Source: the human T2T-CHM13v2.0 reference genome, Homo sapiens. Taken from it: a DNA stretch of 64,000 bases. The notes beneath the pieces are model-generated. The model was not told the origin of the DNA. It ran no database searches and was given only the letters and a program-made list of their open reading frames with translations. Each line of letters begins with the position of its first letter. Position 1 is the stretch's first letter. This document shows, in pieces, positions 1 through 14,996 of the stretch. The DNA lies in assembly GCF_009914755.1 (NCBI RefSeq), contig NC_060925.1; one strand, given 5' to 3'. The position numbers were made by a program, and so were the translations under genes.

Positions 1-458
1 TGAATAATAATGGCACAGTAACAAACACACATTGATAAAGCCTGTTATACTTGTATTACTTTCAGAAACATAACCTTGAGAGATTCCTAAGAATATCTTT
101 AGGCTATTATGGGTAGTAAAGTGAGTTCGCTTACTTAAGGTACGTGAAAGAGGTTCTTAAAGAAGGGGGCAAATATCTAGATCTCCAACGCCAAACCTTT
201 TTCACTTATGAGTTATGTTAATATGATTGTAATTTTCTGCAAGGTTTTAAAATAGCTACATCTAAAATCAATTACACACATTCCTGTAATTCTTTACCTT
301 GGAATAGGAAATGGATCTTTCATAGAGAAAGTTAACTGGTGGGCAAACCAGCAACAAACTGTCATTTGTTTAAATCTAGTTTCAACCCAGGAATTTTTAA
401 TTTCATTTGAATTTAAGAATTATGAGAATAATAACAAGAGAAGAAAGCAGGTGCTCTA

Positions 459-492
459 GTTTTTTTGTTTTTTTTTTTTTTTTTTTTTTTTT
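459..492. repeat. Poly-T tract
   Basis: About 33 T with one G interruption. Confidence 0.9.
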
Positions 493-855
493 GGTTAACA
501 ACCATTGTAAGCAAAAACACGCTTGGGTGTGAGCAGGGTATCTGTTTCACCTGCATTCTTACGTATCCTTCTTAATATTAGATTCTCAGTCTGTCAGAGC
601 AGTTGTTACATACCTCAACACCGAATAGAAAATGCATACAGGTAAGAAACTCAGAGAGAAAAAACTAGAGCATAGATGTGCTTTAATTAGAAATCTTGCA
701 TTTTTCAAAGCCCTGGTGTGTAATCATAACTACCAGGAAGCTGGAGAGAGGGATATAATCAGAAGCACCAGCCAGGGTGGCCTGCCATCCCGTCCTTATA
801 TATCTATAATGTTATATGTTTGTATCATTTCTAATAATACATAATATAACACATA

Positions 856-1418
856 CAGTAGTCTCCCCTTATTCGCAAGGGAGGCATTCTAAGACCCCTA
901 GTGAATGCCTGAACTGCGGATGGCCCCAAACCCTGTATTTTGTTTTTTCCTATACATGCAGACCTATGATAAAGTTTACTTTATAAATTAAGCACAATGA
1001 AGAAGTTAACAATAACTAATAATAAAATAGAAAAATTATAACAATATGCCGCATCACTACTCCTGTGCTTTGGAGCCATTATAAAGTAAAATCAGGGTTA
1101 CTTGAACACAAGCACTGCGATACTGAGACAGTTGATCTGACAAGCAAGATGGCTAGCAAGTGGCAAAAGGGCAGGCAGGTTAGGTGGCCTGGATAACGTG
1201 GATACAGTGGACAAAGAGATGATTCACATGCTGGGTGGGACAGAGTTTGATGGCATGAGATTTTATCCTGCTATTCAGAACAGTGGGCAATTTAAGACAT
1301 AAATTATTTATTTCTATAATTTTCTATTTCATATTTTCTGTGCATCACGGATGGCCACAGATGACCTCGGATAACTGAAACCTCAGAAAGCAAAACTTCA
1401 AATAAGGGAGAACAACTG
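856..1418. mobile_element. MER44B-like DNA transposon (TcMar-Tigger)
   Basis: TA|CAGTAGTCTCCCCTTAT...ATAAGGGAGAACAACTG|TA terminal inverted repeats with TA target duplication; the interior follows the MER44B consensus. Confidence 0.8.
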
Positions 1419-1498
1419 TATTCATAATGACTCTATGTTACATACTATTATAAGGTTTTGTATTTATAATGCTACATAGTCAATGCAAGTAGAGGTAA

Positions 1499-1889
<391 letters not shown>

Positions 1890-2168
1890 GAAGTTTTTTA
1901 AAAAGTAAAACCAACACTCTTTCACTACTTGCACTAATGAATTAGCATCAGTTGGTGTTTTGGTTCTATATAGGGTTTTACACTATAATTTATTTTTTAT
2001 TCTTTGGTGCCAAGGAAACACTAAAGCATCAGGAACTACCCTGTCCCCACCCAACTATTTCCCCAGCAGTCTCTCACCACAATGGGACAGCATTTCTCAA
2101 TAATTCACACCTTAAGGTGTTTGGAGATTCTATTCTGGGGCCAGGGAAAATAATATATTAAAGTCTGC

Positions 2169-2321
2169 TGGGAGAGGGGAGGGATAGCATTAGAAGATAT
2201 ACCTAATGTAAATGACGAGTTAATGGGTGCAGCACACCAACATGGCGCATGTATACATATGTAACAAACCTGCAGGTTGTGCACATGTACCCTAGAACTT
2301 AAAGTATAATAATTAAAAAAA
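2169..2321 (+). mobile_element. L1PA 3' terminal fragment
   Basis: GGGAGGGATAGCATTAG...GCACATGTACCCTAGAACTTAAAGTATAAT followed by an A tail. Confidence 0.9.
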
Positions 2322-2646
2322 TATATCTCAGTAGAAGATCTAATTACATAGTGATTGCTTTATCCCTTAAACAAAACAAATTTGTATGGAATGCTTACTA
2401 TATGCATACAAATAAAGGATATAAATATCCAAAAAAAAAAGTCTGCTTTGTTTTTCTGGTACACTGCTTTAGAGAAATGGCAGACCATACCCTATGGCCA
2501 GACTGGTTAATTTTGTCTTACTTAACCAGAGAAGGTGGTTGAACAAAAACCAAGAACTCAAATCTCCCCAGTAGTAGACATTAGTATTTCTAAATTTGTT
2601 TCTGTAGCAACTTGATTCACTTTATTGTTTTAGAAAAATTTTTAAA

Positions 2647-2649
<3 letters not shown>

Positions 2650-2681
<32 letters not shown>
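2650..2681. repeat. (GT)n microsatellite
   Basis: About 16 perfect GT units. Confidence 0.95.
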
Positions 2682-2685
<4 letters not shown>

Positions 2686-4027
2686 TCAGGTAATTATAAT
2701 TACCTGCTATTTTTTCCATTAATTTATCTGCTTCTCTCCCTTTCCTCAGATATATTCTCTCTAAAAATATAATTAGTGCTTAGAAAGTTACCGGAAAATT
2801 GAATGTGAACAAATCAAAATATAGCTTGGGCACCATTTTGTGAGTCAAGGAAAGTAGCAGAAACTCAATTCAAATGTGTTAGACGTTGTAGTGCCTTATC
2901 ATTGTTTCTTTATTTTGATTTCAGAGCATCTGTCACAATCCTAAATGTTCTATAGGAAATGAGTTCTTTTTTTAAGAAAAAATAAGGTTTTAATTGGGAT
3001 AGTTCTCAGAACTCTTTAGACAGCTATTGAGATAACTGGGTGATCTAAGCTCATGGCTGAAAATTATTCTGAATCATATTCTAGCTACAGGCTTGTCATA
3101 ACTGGACTTTTTCCTTAGGTGGATTCATTTTTACTTTCACAGCAAGCACTATGAACCATTGTACTAAGTTAAAAATGGGTTGCTTCCCACTGGGTCCCAG
3201 AAAGAAGACAGAAAGAATAGTTACAGAGACAGTTGCCCAACTCTCTCCCTCACCCTCCCTCCAAATCAAAGTCCCGCTTTCTCAAAACAAGCTGCCCACA
3301 CCCCCATTTATCACAGAGCCACTCAAAACTTTACTCAGATTGTGTTTCTCTGGCATAAAAGTGTTTTCAAAAGTTAAACTACAGAACTACTATTGCTACC
3401 TTATATCTATTTTCCAAATTAAAAGAATAAGAATAGGATTCCAATTACATGTGCATGTGCAGACTTCCCTTTCCTCCTACCTCTAATCCACAAATATTGT
3501 ATGCCTATAATCACCCAGACTTAAAGTGTTGGGAGTTGTCTTTGACTTTCCCTTTTTGTTAGCTTATCTTTTATATTCAATTGACAAGTTCTCTTGACTC
3601 CTTTTCTCTGATGTGTCTTTCATCCACCCCTTTCTTTCTATTGATGTTGCCTGGACTTAGTCCAGGGTTTTTAATCCTCTCTTCAGACTATTGCCGTGGT
3701 CTCTTAATTGGGATTTTGCAAGTAGTTTCTGCCTGATCCAATTCGGTCTGCACATCACTGATATTACTGATATGTGATGAGTCAGTTTACTGTTTAAAAA
3801 ATTGCAGGACCTCTCCATTACCTATTTAATAGTTTTCAAATATCTTCACTTCATGTTTAAGGACCAAGATCAATCCTAATTCAAGCCCCAGGCTACCTTT
3901 CTAGCTGTATCTCCCATTATTCCTTCTTAATGTGTTTTAACCAATTTGGACTTTTTCACACAATGATACACAGCCCTTGGGCACACTCAGAGCTCTCTGC
4001 TCATAGCACCTCTAGACTCCCCCTCCT

Positions 4028-4150
4028 GGGATAACCATATGTCCCAATTTGCATGGGATAGCCAGGGTTTACACCTCTTTCCCTAGAATAACCGTTAACA
4101 ATGTTTCCATTTACTCTCAAAAAAGCTCCAGTGTGGATCGCCACATTCTA
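4028..4150. mobile_element. MER94-like hAT-Blackjack MITE
   Basis: GGGATAACCATATGTCCCAATTTGCATGGGATAG...TTTACTCTCAAAA resembles the MER94 consensus. Confidence 0.55.
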
Positions 4151-4297
4151 TACTAAAATCCTATCCTTCAAGTCAGCTGAAATGTCACCTCCTTCTTGAA
4201 GTTTTCAACTAGAAGAGCTCTCTCTAATCCCCGTAGACCTAGGGAACTTTTGTTTGTATCTTTAAGGCAACTATATTTAATCTATTATAGCCTAGAT

Positions 4298-4626
4298 CAA
4301 GGGCAGCAAACTACAGTGTATGGGCCAAATCTGGTTTGCTGTCTGTTTTTGTACAGCCTGTGAGCTAAGAATAGTTTTTACAATTTCTAAACAATTTTTT
4401 AAAAATCAAAGGAATAATATTTTGTAACCTAGAAACGTTATGTAAAATTCAAACTTGCATTCATAAGTAAAGATTTTTGGAAAACAGCAATACTAATATA
4501 TGTATATCGTCTAAGGCTACTTTCTTTTGCTACAATGGCTTAGTAGTTGCATTAGATACCATCTGGCCTGCAAAACCTAAAATATTTACCACCTGGACAT
4601 TTATAGAAAAAGTTTACTGACCTCTG
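4298..4626 (+). mobile_element. MER58B (hAT-Charlie)
   Basis: CAAGGGCAGCAAACTAC...AAAAGTTTACTGACCTCTG; 8-bp TSD gCCTAGAt/aCCTAGAc. Confidence 0.82.
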
Positions 4627-4941
4627 ACCTAGACCATAAAGTCCTCTATTGCAGCATTTAGCAGAGTCTTGCATGCTACAGACATGCAACAATCTATGTC
4701 CCGTGAATTATTAGTGAGATGCACCCTTCACTGACAGTCTAATGCATCATAAACAGGGCCTGGTAAAAATCAAAATGCTGTGTTTCAAATTTCAGATCTT
4801 TTTTATTTTTTGTAGTGAATATGTTGCTTAGAGATTCAAATTTTTGGTCAAGCTTAAACATGCTATCTGGACATTGCTATCTCCAGTAAAATAAATCACT
4901 AAAAAACAAATGCAAACAAAAAAAAAACCAATTAGATTTAA

Positions 4942-5393
<452 letters not shown>

Positions 5394-7229
5394 GGTTTCC
5401 TTTCTTTGTGGCAGATGAAATTCCAATGATATCAACCATCCTGAAAGGTCATTAATATCAAGCATTAGAGTGAGAACAGAAGTCCTAAAAGTCATTATTC
5501 TCTGACAGATCATCCGTTTGTGCCTAATGAATCAGTTTAGGGACTGTCCACTGCCTGTGATTCCAGTCGGATGCTCACCTCTCATTTGAAAATTGTTGGT
5601 GTCACCTGGGTACATCTGTCTACAACATGGCTGCATTTATAACCCAAAGTCTAGAAGCATTGGTCCTCTGTGGTTCTGTTGGCACCTGAATGATGCCATT
5701 CAGTCATCTGTTACTGCTCTGATTCTTACCACAAAAGTCTGTCCCAGGAAGCAGAATGAATGCTTCACTTCCCACAGGCTTTATTAGAGGATAATGCACT
5801 TTGGGGCCATCTTTCAAGCTTCACTGAGATACGTTTGGCAAACTGCAGACCATGCTGTGAATTAGATCATCTGAGTTGCTACTAGTCAGTGTCAGCTGGA
5901 CTCTATTTTGAAGTATTTAGGAGTAGAGATCCATGTAAGTTAAAAATATTTTCCCTTTTTTCCCCTACTTCTCACGAATAATAGAGAATCTGGTGATTTT
6001 TGAGAGGGACATCCTCTAAGAGCTTGCGTTTGAAAGCATTAATTGTATCCACCCCCTTGGTTCCAGTTTCTCTTCTTCCCACATACATTGTCTGACAGTT
6101 CTTTGTTGTTCTGTTCCCCAATCCACAGCTTGAGGTTATGCCGCACACCATTCTTTGTGTATGTGAGAGCTGAGATTTTATTAGAAGGCAAGTTACACTG
6201 GCTGTTTCTATAAGAGGTTAAAGATTATCTTGAAGAATTTCGCTCTGTTACTGAAATCAGAAACCTCATAGAAAGGCACAAATGAGCTTTTAATTACATG
6301 AACCTGTATTTTCAGGTGTTTGATATTAATACAAGTTTTTTAAGCGCCCTAAAAAATTTTAAAGATGACTTTAAATTTACATTTACCTTTGAAGATAATC
6401 CTGGCATCCAACCATTGAGAAAGAAGTGTTGGTTTTGTAGGATTATTATTTTTAACACATTTTAAACTGTTGTTTAAAAACAAAATGTACCAAATGACTC
6501 AATACCCTATGAAAAAACAGTATAATATTGATAATATCTTTCAAATGTATTAGGTTATATAAGATAACATTTAAGTATTGTAGCTGCTTTAGTTAGTTCT
6601 TCTGAGTAATTAGATCTTAAAAGCTTCTCTATCTTCTGATTAGTCTTCTATTCTAAACTGCTTGCATTTGGGTTTCCATTGCCTTGAGAGAATAGCTTTA
6701 ACTGGCTGTGATTTATATTTTCATTTGTAAAGAGAATTGAAACCTGATTTTTTTTTTTTTACAAAGAGGAGTTTAAGTGATGCCTGTATAAAAGTGTCTT
6801 TTGTTTGAAAGGGGGCAAGATAAGACAAAATTGGTTTTACGATGTAATTATCATGTGTGTAAAACTTGTATAATATTCAGTAATCTGTCAGTAGGTGGAA
6901 ACCACTCTGCAAATGCTAATAAAGTGAAAGCGAGATCACAGTTACTGCTTATATTACAGGTGGGGCATTGTAGACCAAAGGCACTACACAGCAGGGTGCA
7001 AAGAGACCTAGCTCTAGATAGCTTTGGGACATTAGTCCAAAGTCATCAACAAAGGTTGAAGGGAATTCATATCTGTTTGGAACACTTTTTAATCTTTTTG
7101 GAATAAGTTAGAATCTATGTAGACACAGAGTAGTGCTAAAAAATGTTTGTTAAAACAATGAATGAACTTCCGGAAATTCTCATTCAGCTATTAAAATAGA
7201 AAACTGCATGTCTCCTAATAATCATATGA

Positions 7230-7510
7230 TAATCTTTTTTAGTAATTAAAAGCATACACATTAAAGTGAGGAGATTACTATTTGTCACCTCAAATTTTAA
7301 TAAGTAAATAAAAAATATTGCCTGATGATGATAGGGGACTTAGAAAATTGCAAGCCCTTTGACCCAGTAATTTTCTTTTTAGTAATTTATACCATGGGCA
7401 TAATTATAGATGTAGTAAAAATTTATTTATAAAGATTGAAAACACTGCACTGTTTATAATAAAGAAAAGTTGAAAACAACTTTTAGAACAATATTTAATT
7501 ATATGAAAAA
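7230..7510 (+). mobile_element. Old L1M 3' fragment
   Basis: CCCTTTGACCCAGTAATT...CACTGTTTATAATAAAGAAAAGTTGAAAACAAC, L1ME-type ORF2 end/3'UTR. Confidence 0.55.
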
Positions 7511-7518
7511 ATGTTTTA

Positions 7519-7791
7519 GGCTGGCATAGCGGCTCATGCCTGTAATTCCAACACTTTGGGAAGCTAAGTTGGGGGGATTACTTAAAGCTAGGAGTTTGAA
7601 ACCAGCCTGGGCAACACAGTGAGACCTGGTCTCCATAAAACATTTTAAAAATCAGCTGCATGTGGTGGCATGTGCCTATAGTCTCAGCTTCTTGGGAACT
7701 TGAGCTCACGAGTTCACTGTTGGAGTGAGCTATGAATGTGCCACTGCACTCCATCCTAGGAAACAGAGCGAGACCATTGCCTCTAAAAAAA
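7519..7791 (+). mobile_element. AluJ with internal deletion
   Basis: Diverged dimer with J-type AGCCTGGGCAACACAGTGAGACC; right arm shortened. Confidence 0.88.
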
Positions 7792-8480
7792 ATTTTTCAA
7801 ATAATTTTTAAAAATAATAAAAAGGAAAACAAGATTTCTCTATTATAAGCATATTTTACTTATTGGTTTTGGCAATTATTTCAGTCCTCAAAGAAAAGCA
7901 GTAAATACAACATGCCATATTTGACATAAATAACAGCAAACATTATACAAGTATGCTATTGGTAAACTTTAGTATGAATGGGAGGTTTGCACAGATTTTG
8001 GAAAGAAAATTAACAAATCTGTGAAATAGTATAATAAGGAATAGTTATTGCCCTGGGTTGTCCATAGCAAAGAAGCATAGGCATTCGGTACATACCTATT
8101 GAATGGATCAATGAAAATATTATCTGAACATTAGACAATATTTTGTAGACATTTTAAAAAACACATAAAATGCTGTATCTCTCCTGTTCTCAAAGTGTTC
8201 AGCAAAATGGGAAACTCCAACCATTGTAATGGAAATTTGAATCATTTGGTTAGAGCCCAAAGTAGTACGAAAATTCTTTTTTGTGAATATTTGCCAACCT
8301 ATTTTATCTACAGGCTGGTTATACTATAACACAGCATTACTAGTAACAATAGGGTCATTATTATTAGCAAAAGTAAAAGACAAACTTTGTAGAGGTTTTA
8401 AGATAAAACTAAATATTCCCTAAATGTTTATTTGAAATTATAATCTCCATGTAATAAAGTTTAAATTTGTACCTAGGTGA

Positions 8481-8963
8481 TGTATCTGTTAAGAATTTGC
8501 TTGGCTGAAAATACCAGGAAACTTAAAGCCAGAAATGTGGTTTAAATTTCAAGGAATTTATTTGTTAAATACAACAGGAAGTGCTGCAGTTGGCAGTCCT
8601 GAGCTGGGGTGGTGCATCATCCAGGGATGCCATTAGGGACTTGACTCATTTCATCCTTCCACCCCTCTCATTCTTAGCTTGTAGACATTTGTCTTCATGT
8701 TTATGCCTCATGTCACAAGTTGACTGCTGCACTCAAGACACCTGAATCTCTTCAAAGAGTCTTTGTTTTTTTATTTAGGGAAGAAAGTCCCTCCTGGCAG
8801 TCTTTCTCTTTAGCTCATTGGCTATTCCTGTGTCTCATGACCATCCCTACCTGGAAGGTGCTTTAAAAAAGTGTTTTGCTTTTCAGCTTCTCTACTAGCG
8901 GACACAAGAGAAAATATGATTTGGAATGCATGTTGAGTGAGACAAATTACAGAATATATCACA
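8481..8963 (-). mobile_element. Old MaLR LTR (MLT1K/L-like)
   Basis: TGTATCTGTTAAGAAT...GGAATTTATTTG...CATTAGGGAC pattern of ancient MLT1 LTRs. Confidence 0.55.
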
Positions 8964-9449
8964 GCTACTACTGAGATTTATTTTAAACAATTACAAAAAA
9001 TAAGATTTTCCCATTCTAATAATTTCAAGTCAACCCAAATGGATTGTGCAAATAATATGGGCTTTTTGCAACTATTATTAAATACTAAATAGAAATATAA
9101 AACTGAATATTATATATTTTCACAGAATTCAAGTAAGTTAAACTGAGATTTGTTTCCCAGCAAAACCATGTTCTAGAGCTGATATCAGTAACAGCAAAAT
9201 AGCAAGTAGTTAGATTTTAACTCTGAATAATTTTATATCTTATATTCAATTGTTTATATAATTCTTGACATTCATATTCAGTGAAATGGAATTTTAAATT
9301 TAAATTTAGCCATAGTAAATATATACATTTACAGTTGTCATTACATTGAGTATTAAAATATAAATTTTTAAAGTTAATATATATGCATATATATTTAAAT
9401 CATTAGACATAAAATGTATCACAAACTGTACTAGTCTCTTTCATTTTAA

Positions 9450-9779
<330 letters not shown>

Positions 9780-9954
9780 TAGCATCTTAATGTTGGGAAT
9801 GAGTCATTAGGCAATCTATACTTAATTTTGTCCAGAGTGGTCTCAGTTCTCTTACAACAAAGCACTACAATTCAACTTACATAACAGGTACCAGCTCCTA
9901 CTAATATCCTCTTTTCTGCCATTCTGAAATATGGCCTTCAAAGACTCTAATTTC

Positions 9955-10305
9955 ATGATTAATGAGGTACCTATTTTGTGCCGGATACTGTGGCAGATGC
10001 TATGAAACGTTGGTGAACCACACAGATGAGATGCTTTCTCTCACGGAGTTCCCAGTTTAGTCTGGGGAACAGATAATAAATAAGTAACGATCAATCAATA
10101 AAATGATGACAGATTGTGTAACTGCTAGGGAAAAAAACATGATTCTATGAGGGAAAATATTAAGGATGGCCTGCATATAGAGGGTTCATAAGGAAGGGGT
10201 CTCTGAAGTGGTTGTAGGACTTGTATTTCAGGCAGAAGAAACAGCAAATGCAAAGGCCCTGAGGGCAGGTGAGACCAGGGTATGTCCTGGGAGCTGACAG
10301 ATAGC
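9955..10305 (-). mobile_element. L2 3' fragment
   Basis: ACCTATTTTGTGCCGGATACTGTG...CAGCAAATGCAAAGGCCCTGAGG, the reverse complement of the L2 3' end. Confidence 0.65.
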
Positions 10306-10308
10306 CAG

Positions 10309-10677
10309 TGATATGGTTTGGCTGTGTCCCCAACCCAAACTTCATCTTGAATTGTAGTTCCCACAATTCCCACATGTTGATGAGGGGGGCTGGTGGGAGA
10401 TAGTTGAATCATGGGGGCAGTTTCCCCCATACTGTCCTCATGGTAATGAGTAAGTCTCATGAGATCTGATGGTTTTATAAGGGGAAACCCCTTTCACTTG
10501 GCTCTCATTCTCTTTCTTCCCTGCCACCATGTAAGATGTGACTTACTCCTCCTTGCCTTCCACCATGATTGTGAAGCCTCCCCAGCTATGTGGAACGGAG
10601 TCAATTAAACCTCTTTCCTTCATAATTCCCCAGTCTCGGGTATGTCTTTATTAATAGCATGAGAACAGACTAATACA
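10309..10677 (+). mobile_element. THE1 solo LTR (THE1B/C)
   Basis: TGATATGGTTTGGCTGTGTCCCC...GAGAACAGACTAATACA; perfect 5-bp TSD GCCAG. Confidence 0.92.
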
Positions 10678-10717
10678 GCCAGTGTGGATGCAACAGGGGA
10701 GAAAGGGATAGAGCAGC

Positions 10718-11086
10718 TGCTATAGTTTGAATGTGTCCCCCAAGGTTCATGTGTTGGAAACTTAATCTCCAATGCAACAGTTCTGAGAGGTGAGATCTTT
10801 GAGAGGTGATTAGTTTCTGCCCTGATGAATGGAGTCTCAGGAGTGAGTTCTATATCTGGGGCGGGGATGGGGGGTGTTACAGAAGCGAGTTTGGTTCTTT
10901 CCTGTCCTTCTTCTGTGGCATATGTGATGCCTTCTGTCATGTTTTGATGTAGCCCCTCGATCTTGGACTTCCCACACTCCAGAACTATGTGCCAAACAAA
11001 TTTCTATTCTATTATATATTAATATATAATAATATGTATAATCTATTCATTATTATATATATAGCAGCACAAAACATGCTAGGGCA
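10718..11086 (+). mobile_element. MSTC/MSTD-like solo LTR
   Basis: TGCTATAGTTTGAATGTGTCCCCCAAGGTTCATGTGTTGGAAACTTAAT...; TSD gCAGC/aCAGC. Confidence 0.82.
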
Positions 11087-13829
11087 ACAGCACAACAGGT
11101 GGTTGGTACAATTAAGTGACTGAATAGCCCTCAGTGTGGAGGAGCGTGGACTTTTCTGTCAGGGGAGTTCACTCGCAACATTTCATATGTTAAAGGACTT
11201 GACAGTTCATGACTCACCTTGAAATATACTATCTCATTTGGATGATTACAAGTTGTAAAGTTGATATGAGAGCTGTTATTAATACATCACTTTACAAATT
11301 AAGTCACTCCTGATTACAATTTCAGTTCATTTTCTATTGGAAGTTCTTGAATAGGGGGAGTAATAAAACAAAAGTTCTATCTCAGTTAGATTTATCTTGA
11401 CCAGGATGCAGAATGAATTGGGATGAAGTGTGTGGTGAATGCGGTGTGGTAGCAACACAGAAGAGAATGAAACCAGGGCCAGTTCTGTTTCATCTTCATC
11501 ATCAGCCTCCCACACATGTCTGTTTTCCCGGGTACCAGGAATACTGTGAAAATAAATGTCAGAGCATGGGAGAGTTTTCAGCTCCAAAAAGATGCCTCAT
11601 GGGTTGAAATGGATATGAATGGATTTCTCTCTAACGGTTTTTAACACAGAGGGAAGAAACGATGGTTATGGATCATTTCAGCACCAGATCCTATATTTGT
11701 CTCTCTGACAGTTTTCAAAGTAAACTATTTCACTTTTTTATTACATCAACTTGATAAAAGCATATTTTCTCTAAGTTCTTGGAGATCAAAGATCATATTT
11801 TTCAGTTTTCTGCTGTGAATGTAGTTAGCTGGCATCTGTCTTTTCTGTAATGGACATAAGGGGTTGTTGCTGTATTGTTGGCTTTAGTCCCTGAGGATCA
11901 AAAAAGAGCTGGCCTTGACTGCTCCTGGATGTGGACTGTCCATTATGAACAATACACATGACAACTTACTGAACTGTGTTGTTTCTAGGTCTTGTCAACT
12001 GTATTTAAGGGAGCAAAGACAGAGTAAAAGCAAGGAGGGAAAGAGGATAAAAGTGACATCTAGAAGCAAGACAAAACCAAGATAGAAATAAGCTGAAAAG
12101 GGATTTAAAGAAGAAAGAAAATGAGAGGAAGCAGTAGGGCTCCTGATGAAAATCCGAAGTTATTAAAGATTGAGAAAGAAAAAGGCAAAAGAGAATAAAT
12201 CAGAAAAACAAGATCAAGAAAAATGCAGAAAACTATTTGTGGTTATATGGAAAGGAAAATAAAAGTTGTACAGTGAAGGAAGCTTGCTAACATCTGTTTG
12301 AATCTGGAGAAAATATAAAAGCAGATACATATCCTAGTGTAAAAGTAGTAGCTTATGTGCATGAGAAAGCAGATAATAAGGTGAATGATGATATTAATTT
12401 CCCTTAAATGTATTTAATTTCTCTATTTTTACTTTATAGTTTAAATAATCCTAACAGTCAGATACACTAGAGAAAAGTTTAAAGACGTTGGTCTTTATTG
12501 TTCTCCTCCTTTAAACATTTACAGTTTATTCCTTTCTAATACAACAACTGTTTGTCAGCTACCAAAAAGCCACTTAACAGACTCATGCATCTCTTTGTCT
12601 CCCCCTTTACTAGACTTAGAGAATTTACCTCAACTCAGTGTCTGTGCAGCCTGGTCCCGGTACGGTAACAGAACGACCTGTAATCCAATGCTATCTTGCA
12701 TGGACAATAAAAAACACGCCAGCATCATCTTTCATATTTTGATGTAAAAAGCATGTGAAATCTATGTTTTATTATTAAAAGCTCCAAGACTTGCAGACTT
12801 TCACATTTGCTTCATCTTTCAGTTACTGGAAAAATGTGCCAAAGTGTGTGGAGAAGCAGTCTATCTTTAGACTTTCATTGATGCTAGGGTTGCAGTAGTG
12901 GCAATAACAATAGGTGAGATACAACTTAAAGACTTAAGAAGGCCATAGTGAAATATGCCCAGCACATAAAGAATTTCAATTTACCTTAAGTAATGCAAGT
13001 ATTTAGAATGGTAACTGGGACTCCTAGGCTCTATTCTCAGGAGATCAGCATCAAATAACTCTGAACCATCCCTGATTCTTGATCATCACTTTTATTGAGC
13101 TCAATGCTTTTCAGAATTTAGATCTATCAAATTTGATTTTAAATTTGGGCAGCAAATTAATATGATTGCTTTGTTTTAGTTAGTGTTCACTAAGAGTTTT
13201 CCTAGAAGAATAAAGTATTAATTTTAGGTAGTTGAACTGCAGATTTTAGTCATTCTGTCTCATCATGCTGCAAAGAGAAAGGAAGAATATACTAGAATAC
13301 AGTCTCTTATCTGGGCTTGAGCCTTAAGGCAAAGATTTGCCTTGAGAATCACAATCTGGGAATTTAGATTCTATCTACAATTAACACCTGGCAAGTCTCT
13401 CAACTCCCCACTTACCACCACAAAGCAATTGTTTCTATCCACAACAGAGCTGCAGGATTATTTATGCAGTATTTGTAAAGCACGTAGAACTCCTCATAGA
13501 AAAAGTTGAGTTAGGAGTATATGTCCATTTATGTGTGTTTTAAAAAGAAGAAAGGGAAACAGAAAACTGAAACTTTGACATGGATTGGATTATAAATTAT
13601 TACCATCATTATTTATACATCTATATACAAAAGCTTAAAAATAAAAAGCTTTAGGGCACAAATAAGTTTGCACCAGTCTATAAAGTCTTTGGTTTTCTAA
13701 CCTCTAAGGTCTAAATTATCCCAATAATATTTAATATTGGTTAATTTTACTAGGCAGAACACCACAATATATGGTATAATTTTAGTATGCCCCCAAACAT
13801 GAATTTCCCAGGAAATCATAATTATTAGC

Positions 13830-14996
13830 ACTCCATCCTTGTAATCATCCCGTCTGGTCTTCTAGAAAAACCCTCTCACATGCACTGTCTTTCATCTCTT
13901 CTGCTCCTCCTCAATCTTCCTTGTGGACTGTTCTGTCTCTACCTGTGTCTTAATGTTTGCCTAAACCTCAGGGCTTTCTCATGATCTTCTAATTCTATCT
14001 GTTAATCTAAAGTAATCTCATCTATACCATAGTTTCCAAGACTTTAGCCATGATAATAACCCTAACCTTTCTCCTGAGTGCCAGCTTACTTTTAAATTTT
14101 CAAATGTTCCAAATCGAACTTACTACTTCTCTGTGAGGTCCCAGATTTTCTCTCTTCTCCTTAACTATCTCTGCCCGCCGCTCACTCTTTCATCCAAGCT
14201 AAAAATTCTGCCATTCTTGACTCTTCTCTCTTATCCTCCACATTTAGTTGTCTGACAAGCCCTGCTGATTCTCCATCCTACAATGTTCTGTTTCTTTCCC
14301 TCCAATCTCATTGCTACTTTCTAGGTTGAAGCCTCATCATCTCTTATATCTGGAGTGATAGCACAGCCTCCAGACAGCGTCTTGCCCTTTTTGGCCCCTA
14401 ATCCACATTTTATACAATACATAACTTGACATATAAATCCACTAGTCAAAACATTTTGAGACTTTCAATTGCTTACAAAATAAAATCCAGATTTCTTAGT
14501 CTGGCCCTTGCTAAGCTGCTCAAAATTACTTTTTATCTTCCGTCCACTCTCACATACAACCTTTGCATTCCCAAAATCTTAGTGGCTTTTTATCTTGATG
14601 AACCATATGCATTTGATGTATTTTACCTGTTTTTGACATTTAAAAATGGCAATTTCATATGGCTCAACTAATAATGGCTATCTGCCTTGAAAGCTCTCTC
14701 ACCCTTAAAACTTGTTAAAACATCATCAACACCCAGCTTAAATGTTACCACCTCTGTGAAGCCAGCTTAAATGTTACCACCTCTGTGAAGCAATCATTTG
14801 CCACACTAGGTTAAAGAGCAGTTCCCTCTTTGATGCTCCCTTACCTCTGGCATAACACTGTGTTCTAATTATTTGTACCTACTTGTCTCTATCATTTGAA
14901 TACGGGAAACTTCAGGGTAGAACTTGGAACTTAATTAACTCTATATCTTTACTTCTATAATCAGTAGTTAATAAATATTTGTTAGATAAATGAATG
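13830..14996 (+). mobile_element. Degraded L2
   Basis: L2 3'-region motifs ending TAATAAATATTTGTTAGATAAATGAATG. Confidence 0.6.

Larger units (their letters stand above)
3500..4710 (+). mobile_element. Degraded L2 interrupted by hAT elements
   Basis: Pyrimidine-rich L2 3'-region motifs (e.g. AAATGTCACCTCCT); boundaries approximate. Confidence 0.5.

Noticed and set aside
9881-9923. Possible 43-nt minus-strand exon (tttcag ... TAT|gtaagt)
   Set aside because: The polypyrimidine tract is poor, and pseudo-exons like this are common in long introns.
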